Assembly (NCBI GenBank): GCA_002269645.1
Contig: NIVC01000405.1
Span: forward strand, 62,001 to 126,000
Source: Macrostomum lignano
Lineage: Eukaryota
Direction: 5' to 3'
Length of the DNA: 64,000 bases
Position 1 is the stretch's first letter. The number at the start of each line of letters is the position of its first letter. This document shows, in pieces, positions 43,814-56,500 of this stretch. The notes under the pieces are model-generated. The model was not told the origin of the DNA. It did not search any database and saw only the letters and a list, made by a program, of their open reading frames with translations. A program made the translations under genes and the position numbers.

Positions 43814-46800
43814 TCACGACCTTGGCGACGCCTGCGCAGCCGCTCTGCGGTTCATGTTGTTCAGAATGCCGGCGCAGAATCCGTCACCCAGAATGTTGAC
43901 CGCGGTGCGCTGATGATCGCTGCAAAGTGTCAGTTTTGAAATTTAAGGAATTCCTATTGTACCTGCAGTAAAAACTCTTACAATACTCAGTAGCTCTGTA
44001 GTGTCAGTAGCTCTGTAGTGTCAGTAGCTCTGTAGTGTCAGTAGCTCTGTAGTGTCAGTAGCTCTGTAGTGTCAGTAGCTCTGTAGTGTCAGTAGCTCTG
44101 TAGTGTCAGTAGCTCTGTAGTGTCAGTAGCTCTGTAGTGTCAGTAGCTCTGTAGTGTCAGTAGCTCTGTAGTGTCAGTAGCTCTATAATGTCTGTAGCTC
44201 TATAATGTCTGTAGCTCTATAATGTCTGTAGCTCTGTAGTGTCAGTAGCTCTGTAGTGTCAGTAGCTCTAACACCAATGTCAATAGCTAGTGTCAGTCAG
44301 GGTTACGAGCGTTAGCAGCTGTGTACTAAAAGCGTCAAATTTTGAAGCAGACTGCACAATCAGGCAGCTTACAGCAGCCAGTCGACCTTTGCTATCAGCG
44401 TGGTATCGTCAATTGGGAGGCCGAGAGCTGACACCACCATCGAAATAGTGGCCAGAGCTCCGCCAGGCAACCCGGCTGTGCCAATTGCTGCCAGGGTAGC
44501 CATCAGGCTGAAGCAGGTGATTAAGATTAAAATTGAAGCATTTCTTCATTCATCACATCCTCTTCAGGTAATTCCTTCTATTATTCTTTTTCCCCTTCTG
44601 TCTGTTCCCTCTTCTCCCCTTTTCTCCCATTTTCTCCATTTTTCTCCCTTTTCTCCCTTTTCTCCCTTTTCTCCCTTTTCTCCCTTTTTCTCCCCGTTTC
44701 TCCTTTTTCTCCCCTTTTCTCCCCTTTTCTCCCCTTTTCTCACCTTTTCTCCCCCTTTCTCCTTTTTCTCCCCTTTTCTCCCCTTTTCTCCCCTTTTCTC
44801 CCCTTTTCTCCCATTTTCTCCCCTTTTCTCCCAGTTTCTCCCCCTTTCTCCTTTTTCTCCCCTTTTCTCCCCTTTTCTCCCCTTTTCTCCCCTTTTCTCC
44901 CCTTTTCTCCCTTTTCTCCCTTTTCTCCCTTTTTCTCCCCGTTTCTCCTTTTCTCCCATTTTCTCCCCTTTTCTCCCCTTTTCTCCTCTTTTCTCCCCTT
45001 TTCTCCCATTTTCTCCCCCTTTCTCCTTTTTCTCCCCTTTTCTCCCCTTTTCTCCCCTTTTCTCCCATTTTCTCCCCTTTTCTCCCATTTTCTCCCCTTT
45101 TCTCCCCTTTTCTCCCCTTTTCTCCCCTTTTCTCCCATTTTCTCCCCCTTTCTCCTTTTTCTCCCCTTTTCTCCCCTTTTCTCCCCTTTTCTCCCCTTTG
45201 CTCCCCTTTTCTCCCCCTTTCTCCCCTTTTCTCCCCCTTTCTCCCCTTTTCCCTTTTTTCAATTTTTCTCCCTTTTTATCACACTTTCTCCCATTTTCCT
45301 CTCGACAGCTTACTTATTTTTCAGTCCTTCCCCAGCTCCTTTCCTACTTTCCCTTCCTCCACGGAAACTTTTTCCGCCTAACCCCCATCCCCACCCACCG
45401 CAAACCACAGATACTAGAATAACTAGATAGGCAACTCAGGCATGTATACTTAGTAAAACAGCATTTTCAGTTCACCAGCAAAGAGGAATTCATAACAAAG
45501 AGGAATAAAGAGGAATTCATTTTATAAAAATAAAGGCAGCTAAAAATGCCTTTGATAAGTTCAGAAGCTCAAAAAGCTTGCTAATTGGTTCAGCAATAAT
45601 GTACATTGGCCAGTCCAACTGAAATGTACATGGCCGCTTTAGGGTGGAATTCCGAGAGAAAGGCAATAAAAATTGGGGCGGGGCGGGAGTGGGTGGAATG
45701 GAATGGAAAGGCGCGGTTGAGGGTTTAAGCTGAAGGTAAGAGCCAATAAAATTAGCCGTGGCTTTAAGATTACATTAAAATGCTTCAGTTTAACTTACTA
45801 CTGAACTGAAAGTAGCTTACACGCAAATGTGCTGAGTGGCCCATCTAGTTATTCTACTTATCTGCGCCTCAAACAGGGCCCCCCAATCGCCAACGAACCT
45901 GACGGCTACGATTTCAAGCGCGCCAAGGGGCACCTCGTTAACCTGAGCGATGAATATCGTCGCTGCCGCCAGATACAGCGCAGTTCCGTTCATGTTCACA
46001 GTGACTCCGATGGGCAGCACGAACCGGGATATTTTCCTTTCAATGCCGTTGTTCTCCTCCAGACAGCGGGAGGTGATCGGAAGGGTGGCGGCAGACGAAG
46101 CCGTGCCCAGAGCGGTTATATAGGCTTGGAAGATGCCGCGAAAGAACTTGAATGGGTTGCTTCTAGCCAGGACAAAGTAGGACACAGCCTGCACTAGGCA
46201 GGAGTGCGTGAAGAGCCCAACTGATACAGTGGCACAGTACAGACCCAGGCTGCGGAGTGTGACACCTGGATCGTCCATTTGAATAGCTTGCTTCCCAATT
46301 AGGGAGAAAATTCCTATTGGCGAGCACCTGATCAAAATTTTTTTTGAAGAAAAATAAAGCAACGCTCGATGTTTAGCGTCACTCTCTTCTGTCACTCCCT
46401 TCCCTTCACTCCCTCCCTCCACTCCCATCCTTTCACTCACTTCTTTCACTCCCTTCCCTTCACTCCCTTAACTTCACTCCCTTCCCTTCACTCCCTCCCT
46501 CCACTCCCATCCTTTCACTCACTTCTTTTACTCCCTTCCCTTCACTCCCTTAACTTCACTCCCTTCCCTTCACTCCCTCCCTCCACTCCCATCCTTGCAC
46601 TCACTTATTTCACTCCCTTCCTTCACTCTCTTAACTTCACTCCCTTCCTTTCACTCTCTTAACTTCACTCCCTTCCTTTCACTCTCTTAACTTCACTCCC
46701 TTCCTTCACTCTCTTAACTTCACTCCCTTCCTTCACTCTCTTAACTTCACTCCCTTCCTTTCACTCTCTTAACTTCACTCCCTTCCTTTCACTCATCACT

Positions 46801-49536
46801 TCACTCCCTTCCCTTCACCCCTCCCTTAATTCCCTTCACTTCACCCCTCCATTCACTCCTTTCCCTTCACTCCCTCCTTTCACTCCCTTCCCTTCACTCC
46901 CTTCACTTCACTCCCTTCCCTTCACTCCCTTCACTTCACTCGCTTCCATTCACTCCCTTCCCTTCACTCCCTTCACTTCACTCGCTTCCCTTCACTCCCT
47001 TCCCTTCATGCACTTCAAATCACTTGCCACATAATAACTTTAACGAAGCGCATCACCACATTGTTAAGAATATTGAACAGGTCAATCACTGGCTGCGCCC
47101 TGTCGCCCATTTGTTTCACAACTAGAGCAAATATTATCGAAATGCACAGCATGCCTAAAAGATTCCGGAACTTGAATAGAAAATTAGTAAATTTATGAAT
47201 ATTAATACATTTTCATTGTCATATTTTCCCACTGGAACCACTCACCCAACACATTAGTTTCACTTTTACCAACAAGCATTGTGTCCAGAGCGAAGACGCT
47301 GTTGAACTTTCGAGTAATAGAAGTAATAGAATTATTTCGAGGTTCAGAAGAATTGTCACTTTCGCTAACCAATTTTGTTTCCACTAGATTAAAGGTGGCA
47401 ACCATAATGTTGTCCGGGAACAAATTACTAAAATGGGGTTACGATATCGCTTTAAAAAGGCTGACACAGTCTGTAGCTTAACCATAGCCAGTTTCACATA
47501 GTACCTATACGAGCTAACTTGGCCATAGACACTCCCTCACACAATGTGGCCTGGCCATAGACACTCCCACATACACTACATTCTGGCCATAGACACCCCC
47601 AACACTACATTCTGGCCATAGACACTCCCGCATACACTACATTCTGGCCATAGACACCCCCAACACTACATTCTGGCCATAGACACTCCCGCATACACTA
47701 CATTCTGGCCATAGGCACTCCCGCATACACTACATTCTGGCCATAGACACTCCCACACGCACTAAATTCTGGCCATAGACACTCCCACGCACACTACATT
47801 CTGGCCATAGACACTCACACACACACTACATTCTGGCCATAGACACTCCCACACGCACTAAATTCTGGCCATAGAAACTCCCACGCACACTACATCCTGG
47901 CCATAGACACTCCCACACACCCATAAGCAATCGGTAATTTAGAACCAGCCCAAAAGTGATTACAAGAATATTACACAGGAAAAATTCCTTACCGAAACAA
48001 GTCAAAAATATGATAAATTGTCCTATTAGAGCCACCGTGAATTCCAAATTCACCAATGTCCAATTGTCGCTTAATTTGGGAATTTCCCGGCTTAATTAGC
48101 ATGACAAACAGGATGCCAATCAGGACAGCTGACCAGTTTGTCAAGAAGCTGTATACCAGCGTGAACACGCCTAGTTTGCTTGAGTTGTTGGTGTTTAGAC
48201 TGCACAATCCTGGTGATTTAGTAATTATAGCTGCATGCACCTATTACTTACGAACTTATAAGCATAAACTTTTAAATACTTAGATGATGTATTTGATAAT
48301 CTGGATGTTGTGGCTGAGGATCTAGGCATTGTGTCCGTGGATCTGGATATTATGTCTCAGGATCTCGATATTGTGTCTGAGGATCTGGATATTGAGTCTG
48401 AGGATCTGGATATTGTGTCTGAGGATCTGGATATTGTGTCTGAGGATCTGGATATTGTATCTAGGGATCTCGATATTGTGTCTGAGGATCTGGATATTGT
48501 GTCTGAAGATCTGGATATTGTGTCTAGGGATCTGGATATTGTGTCTGAGGATCTGGATATTGTATCTAGGGATCTCGATATTGTGTCTGAGGATCTGGAT
48601 ATTGTGTCTGAAGATCTGGATATTGTGTCTAGGGATCTGGATATTGTGTCTGAGGATCTGGATATTGTATCTAGGGATCTCGATATTGTGTCTGAGGATC
48701 TGGATATTGTGTCTGAGGATCTAGGCATTGTGTCCGTGGATCTAGATATTGTGTCTCAGGATCTCGATATTGTGTCTCAGGATCTCGATATTGTGTCTGT
48801 GGATCTATTGAGAAAACTATTGGCCAGCATCAGAAAATAAAACAGATGTTCTTTGAGCCTAACCTGCGACCAAGGAGGACACAACCAGCGGCAGGACCAG
48901 CACCTTGAGCATCCGCATGAACAGTTCGCCTGGGTAGCCGATCAGCAGAACGGCCAGTGGACTTGGGTGAGCAGCTCGAACCAGCCAACCGAACGCTAAA
49001 CCCAGAAGCATTGAAAGCAGAGTCAGGGCTGTCAAAATGCCGACCTTATGCTGAGAGCAGCAAGTCGCGCATCTGTTGAATATTTTTCTACACCGCGATT
49101 GTCGCCGTCTGGATTTTCGTCTCGTTGGGTTGTCGCCGAATCGCCGATCTTGCTTAGGTACAAATAATGTTTTGGGTGTCGTTTGGGTCTCTAATCCAAG
49201 TGTCGTTTGGGTCTCTAATCCAAGTGTCGTTTGGGTCTCTAATCCTGGTGTCTTTGGAGTCTCTAATCCAGGTGTCTTTGGAGTCTCTAATCCAGGTGTC
49301 TTTGGAGTCTCTAATCCAGGTGTCTTTGGAGTCTCTAATCCAGGTGTCTTTGGAGTCTCTAATCCAGGTGTCTTTGGAGTCTCTAATCCAGGTGTCTTTG
49401 GAGTCTCTAATCCAGGCGTCGTCTGAGTCTCTAATCCAGATGTCTTTGGAGTGTCCAATCCCGGCGTTTTTCTTGTCTCCAATCGAAGTTTTGAAGTTAA
49501 TTCGGAAATGTTAAAACTAACTGTTTTTCGTTTCAT
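43814..49536 (-). CDS. SLC1/EAAT family transporter paralog A (divergent), about 622 aa, 7 exons
   Basis: Exons 49536-48864, 48209-47993, 47427-47246, 47154-47028, 46327-45899, 44507-44373, 43919-43814 (1869 nt = 623 codons). Motifs PGELFMRML..LPLVVSSL, DLFRNLFPDN, TASSAATLP, NMNGTALYL, VDWLLDHQRTAVNILGD. Confidence 0.9.
43990..44270. repeat. 17-bp minisatellite (TCAGTAGCTCTGTAGTG), EAAT-A intron 6
   Basis: Direct inspection. Confidence 0.9.
44590..45300. repeat. CT-rich (TTCTCCCC)n low-complexity tract, EAAT-A intron 5
   Basis: Direct inspection; source of the GEK/collagen-like ORFs. Confidence 0.95.
46390..47010. repeat. (CTTCACTCC)-based degenerate repeat, EAAT-A intron 4
   Basis: Direct inspection. 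Confidence 0.9.
47520..47915. repeat. About 32-bp minisatellite (CACTACATTCTGGCCATAGACACTCCC...), EAAT-A intron 2
   Basis: Direct inspection. Confidence 0.9.
48305..48805. repeat. 21-bp minisatellite (GATCTGGATATTGTGTCTGAG), EAAT-A intron 1
   Basis: Direct inspection; gives the DLDIVSE ORF. Confidence 0.95.
49170..49470 (-). repeat. Coding 24-bp minisatellite encoding about 12 x KTPGLETP in the EAAT-A N-terminus
   Basis: In frame between ATG 49536 and TM1. Confidence 0.85.
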
Positions 49537-49854
49537 GTTGACGGGTCAAAAAAATTATTGTTATTCGGTTGTGTAAAATTTTGGAACACTTCAAGCATCT
49601 CGTCGACTATAAAAATTACGCCTTATTTTAGTATTAAAGAGCCACCCCACTACCCCAGCCATTCCATATGTGCGACCATAGACAGTTCTTAAAATATTAA
49701 AATATTTACAATTTCTTCCATCCCGAAAAATCAATTTCATTCTGTGTGCCCAATGATCATATAGATAATATATATAATATATAATATGATATTACACTGT
49801 ATAATATATATTATGAACTATGCGTGTGCTCAATAGCTCGTACAAACCGAACCT

Positions 49855-50335
49855 CTTCATTGTGTGTCCAATACAAACTGGACCTCTTCATTGTGTGTCC
49901 AATACAAACTGGACCTCTTCATTGTGTGTGCCCAATACAAACTGGACCTCTTCATTGTGTGTCCAATACAATCTGGACCTCTTCATTGTGTGTCCAATAC
50001 AAACTGGACCTCTTCATTGTGTGTCCAATACAAACTGAACCTCTTCATTGTGTGTGTCCAATACAAACTGGACCTCTTCATTGTGTGTGCCCAATACAAA
50101 CTGGACCTCTTCATTGTGTGTGCCCAATACAAACTGGACCTCTTCATTGTGTGTCCAATACAATCTGGACCTCTTCATTGTGTGTCCAATACAAACTGAA
50201 CCTCTTCATTGTGTGTCCAATACAAACTGGACCTCTTCATTGTGTGTCCAATACAAACTGAACCTCTTCATTGTGTGTGTCCAATACAAACTGGACCTCT
50301 TCATTGTGTGTGTCCAATACAAACTGGACCTCTTC
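49855..50335. repeat. About 31-bp minisatellite (TGTGTCCAATACAAACTGGACCTCTTCATTG) between EAAT-B and EAAT-A
   Basis: Direct inspection. Confidence 0.95.
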
Positions 50336-50536
50336 AAACTGGACAAATCTGAATCACGAGGTACTTTATTTCATTGTTTCAAAATTCAGCTACAGATTTT
50401 AACACAACAAAACATTAACGATACCAATATAGATTCAATCACAAAAAAAACTTCAATTTCTTCAATAGCAATCATAGATAAAGTGGTTGATACAGTACAT
50501 AAAGTTAAATTGAACGAGAGTCTGTGCAGATCCTGT

Positions 50537-53500
50537 CTAAGCCTCTTCATCATTAAAATCGAGGAGTTCAGAGTCTGCAATAAAAGGGTGTTTGAAACTT
50601 TATCGAATCTGCGCTGTTTTAAAAACAAACTATTGCCTCTTACCTGTCTGTAATTGGTCTGTAGCGTCTGCAGTGACAGCCGCTGACTGTTCAGCTGCAC
50701 GGGTTTTGCACAGGTGATCCACAATGCCTGCTCCGAATGCGTCACCGAGCACGTTCACTGATGTGCGCAGACGGTCGCTGGATATGAAGGTGATCGCTGG
50801 GTCATACAGGTGGTCATGCAGGTGTCTAACAGGTGGTCTAACAGGTGGTCTAACAGGTGGTCTAAAAGGTGGTCTAACAGGTGGTCTAACAGGTGGTCTA
50901 ACAGGTGGTCTAACAGGTGGTCTAACAGGTGGTCTAACAGGGCTTCTAACAGGTGGTCTAACAGGTGGTCTAACAGGTGGTCTAACAGGTGGTCTAACAG
51001 ATGGTCTAACAGGTGGTCTAACAGGTGGTCTAACAGGTGGTCTAACAGGTGGTCTAACAGGGCTTCTAACAGGTGGTCTAACAGGTGGTCCAACAGGGTG
51101 TCTAACAGGTGCTCTTTCAGGTTGTTAAATAGGTGTCTAACACGGATCTAAAAGGGAGTCTAAAAGAGGATCCAACAAGTGTCGAAAAGGGCTTTAACAG
51201 GGGTGTAAAGCTCCTGAACAGGTATATAACAGGTGTCTTACAGGTAATAGTTGTTTCTGACAGGCGTTTATAATATTATCTCGATATAATAGAACTATTT
51301 TAGTATGGCTTATTTTATATTGTCATGGTTAACCATTACTGCCATGTACTAAATAAATTATAATAGCTTTAACGGTCTTACAGCAGCCAGTCCACTGTCA
51401 ATATAAGCGAGATTTCGTTGACTGGCAGTCCAACCGACGACAGCACAATCACCATGGTAACAATGCCGGCACTGGGGATGCTAGCAGCGCCTGTGGCGGC
51501 AAGGGTTGCCGTGAACCTAAATAGTGCATCGGGTGGCAGTTAGCGAACGGCGAGAGGCAACAGTGGCTGAGAGTCTAAAATGTATAAAAAATTATCTAGG
51601 AGGGCTGCAGCCACCTCCGTGGCGCAACGCCTTCGGTGAAATCCACATGCGGCCCACGAAGCCTCTCTATCCGGCCCTCGGGTCCATGAATCTTCACAAA
51701 AGCAATCCGACCCGCTCAATGTTTGTGTCTCTTCTCAGGTCTCCTCTCCTCCTCTCTCCACTCATCTACACTCTCATCTCTCATCTTTAATCTCACCTCT
51801 CTCCTCTCCCCACCTCGCTCCTCTCCCCACCTCGCTCCTCTCCCCACCTCTCTCCTCTCCCCACCTCTCTCCTCTCCCCACCTCGCTCCTCTCCCCACCT
51901 CGCTCCTCTCCCCACCTCGCTCCTCTCCCCACCTCGCTCCTCTCCCCACCTCGCTCCTCTCCCCACCTCTCTCCTCTCCCCACCTCGCTCCTCTCCCCAC
52001 CTCTCTCCTCTCCCCACCTCTCTCCTCTCCCCACCTCTCTCCTCTCCCCACCTCGCTCCTCTCCCCACCTCTCTCCTCTCCCCACCTCGCTCCTCTCCCC
52101 ACCTCTCTCCTCTCATATCCCTTCCCTCCTCTCCCCTTCCTCTCTCCCCTCTCCTCTTTCTTCTCTCCTTTCTCCCCTCATCTTCCCTCTCTCCTCTCTC
52201 CAGTCATACGCTAGATTTTATATCTGGCCCTTACGTTGAAAAAGTTTGCTGACCCTTGTAATCTAAATCGTCAGTCATGTACAATCCAGCTCTGTGCCTA
52301 GGGGGTTCCCACAACAACACCCAGGTTAAATTTCGCGCATTTAGTTGCAGTTGATTCTCTCACGCAATAACGGTTATTTGACCAGCGCTCAGACTGATAC
52401 CGTTAACCTGAGCAATGAAGATGCAGGCCACAGCCTCGTACAGCGCTGTGCCGTCCATGTTGAGCGTGGCTCCGACTGGCAGAACAAACCGAGTGACGGT
52501 CCTGTCGATGCCGTTGTTCTCCTCCAAGCACTTGAACGTGACTGGCAGCGTCGCCGAGGAAGACGCGGTGGCCAGAGCGGTGACCCAGGCTTGGAGCACG
52601 CCGCGAAAGAACACTACAGGATTCTTGCGGGTCAAGGCCAGGTAAATCAGTGCCAAGGTGACGCAGGCATGAACCAACAGACCGGCTGTCACGGTGGCCA
52701 TGTACAGGCCCAAACTCCTCAGCGTAGCCTCCAGATTCTTCGCTTCGAGAATTTTACCCGCTAGTAGAAAGAAAATACCTATTGGCGTGTACCTGTTTTG
52801 GTGTAGTGATCAAAAGAGTTGTGACTTTGATATATATAGCCTTTGGGTTATGAGCACATCCTCATGTTATGATTACGATTACGATTACGATAACGATAAA
52901 ATCATAAAATCATTTTATGATTATGAGCACATCATCATTTGATGATTATGAGCACATCCTCATTTTATTATTATGAGCACATCCTCATTTTATTATTATG
53001 AGCACATCCTCATTTGATGATTATGAGCACATCCTCATTTTATGATTATGAGCACATCCTCATTTTATTATTATGAGCACATCCTCATTTTATTATTATG
53101 AGCACATCCTCATTTGATGATTATGAGCACATCCTCATTTTATTATTATGAGCACATCCTCATTTTATTATTATGAGCACATCCTCATTTGATGATTATG
53201 AGCACATCCTCATTTTATGATTATGAGCACATCCTCATTTTGTGATTATGAGCACATCCTCATTTGATGATTATGAGCACATCCTCATTTTATAATTATG
53301 AGCACATCCTCATTTGATGATTATGAGCACATCCTCATTTTATTATTATGAGCACATCCTCATTTTATGATTATGAGCACATCCTCATTTTGTGATTATG
53401 AGCACATCATCATTTTATGATTATGAGCACATCCTCATTTTGTGATTATGAGCACATCCTCATTTTATGATTATGAGCATTTTCTCATTTCATGATTATG

Positions 53501-56500
53501 AGCAAATCATCATTTCATTATTATGAGCACATTCTCATTTCATGATTATGAGCAAATCATCATTTTATGATTATGAGCACATCCTCATTTTGTGATTATG
53601 AGCACATCCTCATTTGATGATTATGAGCACATCCTCATTTTATAATTATGAGCACATCCCCATTTTATGATTATGAGCACATCCTCATTTTATTATTATG
53701 AGCAAATCATCATTTTATGATTGAGCACATTCTCATTTCATGATTATGAGCACATTCTCATTTCATGATTATGAGCAAATCATCATTTTATGATTATGAG
53801 CACATCCTCATTTTAAGATTATGAGCATTTTCTCACTTTATGATTTTGAGTACATGCTAAACTATTAGTTATGAGCATATAAGATCGGCTATAAAATAAA
53901 CCCAGAAAGATGCACAGATCTGATACTCAATAAACTCACCATATAATGGCTCTCAGCATTAGCATAACCACATCGTTGATTATGTTGAACAATCGAACTA
54001 ACAGCAAAGCACTGTCGCCCATTCGCCTAATGACGATTCCAATAAATATGGACACAGAGACCAAGCCTAAAGTGCAATAATATTATTCATACTCAACATA
54101 TTGCAGCCTAGTATAATAAGATAGGGAAACAGTGAATGCAAAAATTCACCCAAAGCGTTAAATCCATCAACAGTGGTGACCTTAAATGTCTGACTTATTT
54201 CCCATCCAGTAGAATTGTCAGCATTTAAAACAGTTTTATTCTTGGTTGTGACAACTGTGGCGGTCCGCCGGAAGCAGGCTTCCACTAAATTATCCGGAAC
54301 CAAATTTCTGCAACAATGAACCAAGTACTACTCAAATAGAAGGACGGGGCACTACGTTTCTGAAAAAAACTTCGCTGAAAAAGAATCAGGTTTTCGCCGA
54401 AAAATACACTACGGAGATAAGAGCTACGGAGGTAGACCCAATGCTCATCTTTTGATATGCTGTGCCTTTCTTATACCTGGTAGCTCCATTGATATTTATA
54501 AAGCTTTTCGTTCAGAAAATTAGGATTCTATGTTAATTTTTATTCTACGTACAAATTGCATATGTCCCGTGCCTAAAAACCATTAAATGGCACGGCTCGG
54601 CTTATTAGTTTTATGAATCTATTCTGTCATTGTTAGCTCACTGTGTAACAATAGCTATGTGTAACAAAGATGATAAAATTGATTCATAAAACCATAGTCG
54701 AACTTTGCCATGCATTTTAATGATTTTAGGCACAAGAAGTGTATTCATAAATGTATTAATAAATGCATTTAAGAATATCAATAGAGCTATAACAAAGGCA
54801 CAACATATCAAAAGATGAACATTCGTTCTGCCTCCAATCCAAAGCAATAACAATTTTAATATGGAAAAAAGTGAACAGCTATTATGTCCGTAATGTTTTT
54901 TTTTCGGCGAAAACCAGCATCCTTACTCATTTCCCGTCCTCCTACTTGAGTAGTCCATGCATTAAACTTTTAATCAATCTAATTTATTTTGAATCGATTT
55001 ATAAAGCAACATAACGCTAGCTAGACAATTGCGATTACCTCAACAGGTCAAGAATTGCATGCAGAGTATCAGTGTAGGAGCCAATCTCAGTGACAGCGTT
55101 GCTCTGAAGCTTTTCTACCGGACTTCCGGGTTGAATAACCATGACAAATACGATGCCCAAAGCTGTGGCAGAGAATGTGGTCACTGTGTAATAGGCTACC
55201 GTGATCAGACCGATTCTGCCGAATGATCCCGCATTAAGATTTGGTAATCCTGAAATGGAATATTGTTTCTAGTGCGACGCGTCAAGCCTGGCTCTAAAGC
55301 CGGCAGGTACACAGCAATTTTAGTTGAAGGAACCGCAAACTTTTGGGTTGACAATATTTGGTCTCTTGGTGGGCGATCCTGTCTCATTGTGGGCGCCACT
55401 GTCTCATGATGGGCGCCCCTGTCTCATGATGGACGCCCCTGTCTCATAATGGGCGCCCCTGTCTCATGATGGACGCCCCTGTCTCATGATGGGCGCCCCT
55501 GTCTCATGATGGACGCCCCTGTCTCATGATAAGCGCTCCTGGGACTTTTTCAAGTTTAATGTTGATAAAATAGTTTCAATTTTGATAGGATCATAATTTT
55601 GTCTCTAAAGGGGTTTTTGATGGTGCTGATTTCAAATTTGAGCTCCATTTTTAGGTAGCTTTAACCCAATTATATGTAGCTTAAAACCAACCACCGGGGC
55701 ATGAGGAATGGGGGGTTTTAGGGTGGGGAGATTCTTCATGGGGATTGATTTTATCAACATAAACTTGAATAGAGGCATAGAGACCTATTCAAGATTGTGT
55801 TGATAAATTCCAATTCTAATAGGGAGGAGGGTTGTAGCTTAAAACCAACTACCAGGGCATGGGGAATAGGGGGTTTTAGGGTGGGGAGATTTTTCATGAG
55901 GATTGATTTTATCAACATAAACTTGAATAGAGGCATGGAGACCTATTCAAGATTGTGCTGACAAATTCCAATTCTAATAGGGGGGAGGGGTTGTAACTCT
56001 ACGACACGAGAAAAGAGAGAATCCACCAAAGAGTCAACATAATTATGTCAGAAGTTGGTTGAATTCTATAACTTTATCTAAATGAATTTGCTTACCAAAA
56101 TCAGGTGCTGTTACTTCCTTAATACAATAGAATTAGTAATCTAGCCTTGTACAGTAATTGGTTTTGAGGAGCGAAATGCTTTAAGGTTGCGAACATTGCT
56201 TTGGCTGGGTGCAGTGAAAGTGGTAGTGCAAACATTGAGCCGGTCGTGACAGTTTTTAAAAAAAGCAAACAATGACATGGCACTGTCTATGCATTATAAC
56301 TAAATTGAAAAACTATTATCAGCCAACGTAAAAGACAATTGCATGTTAATTTGTAGATATTATTATTCATCTTTAATTGGCCTAATGAAGTTCTAGCACA
56401 TGTGCTATTAGATTAAAATCTAGTGGATACACTTTCAAAAATGTATTCGTGGAAACGTTTTCTCACCGAACGTCATTAAGAGAATAGGGAATCGAGTAAA

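Noticed and set aside
44400-45422. Collagen-like or Lys/Gly-rich proteins (GEK ORFs) and the 340-aa FSP ORF
   Set aside because: Translations of a CT tract lying wholly inside EAAT-A intron 5.
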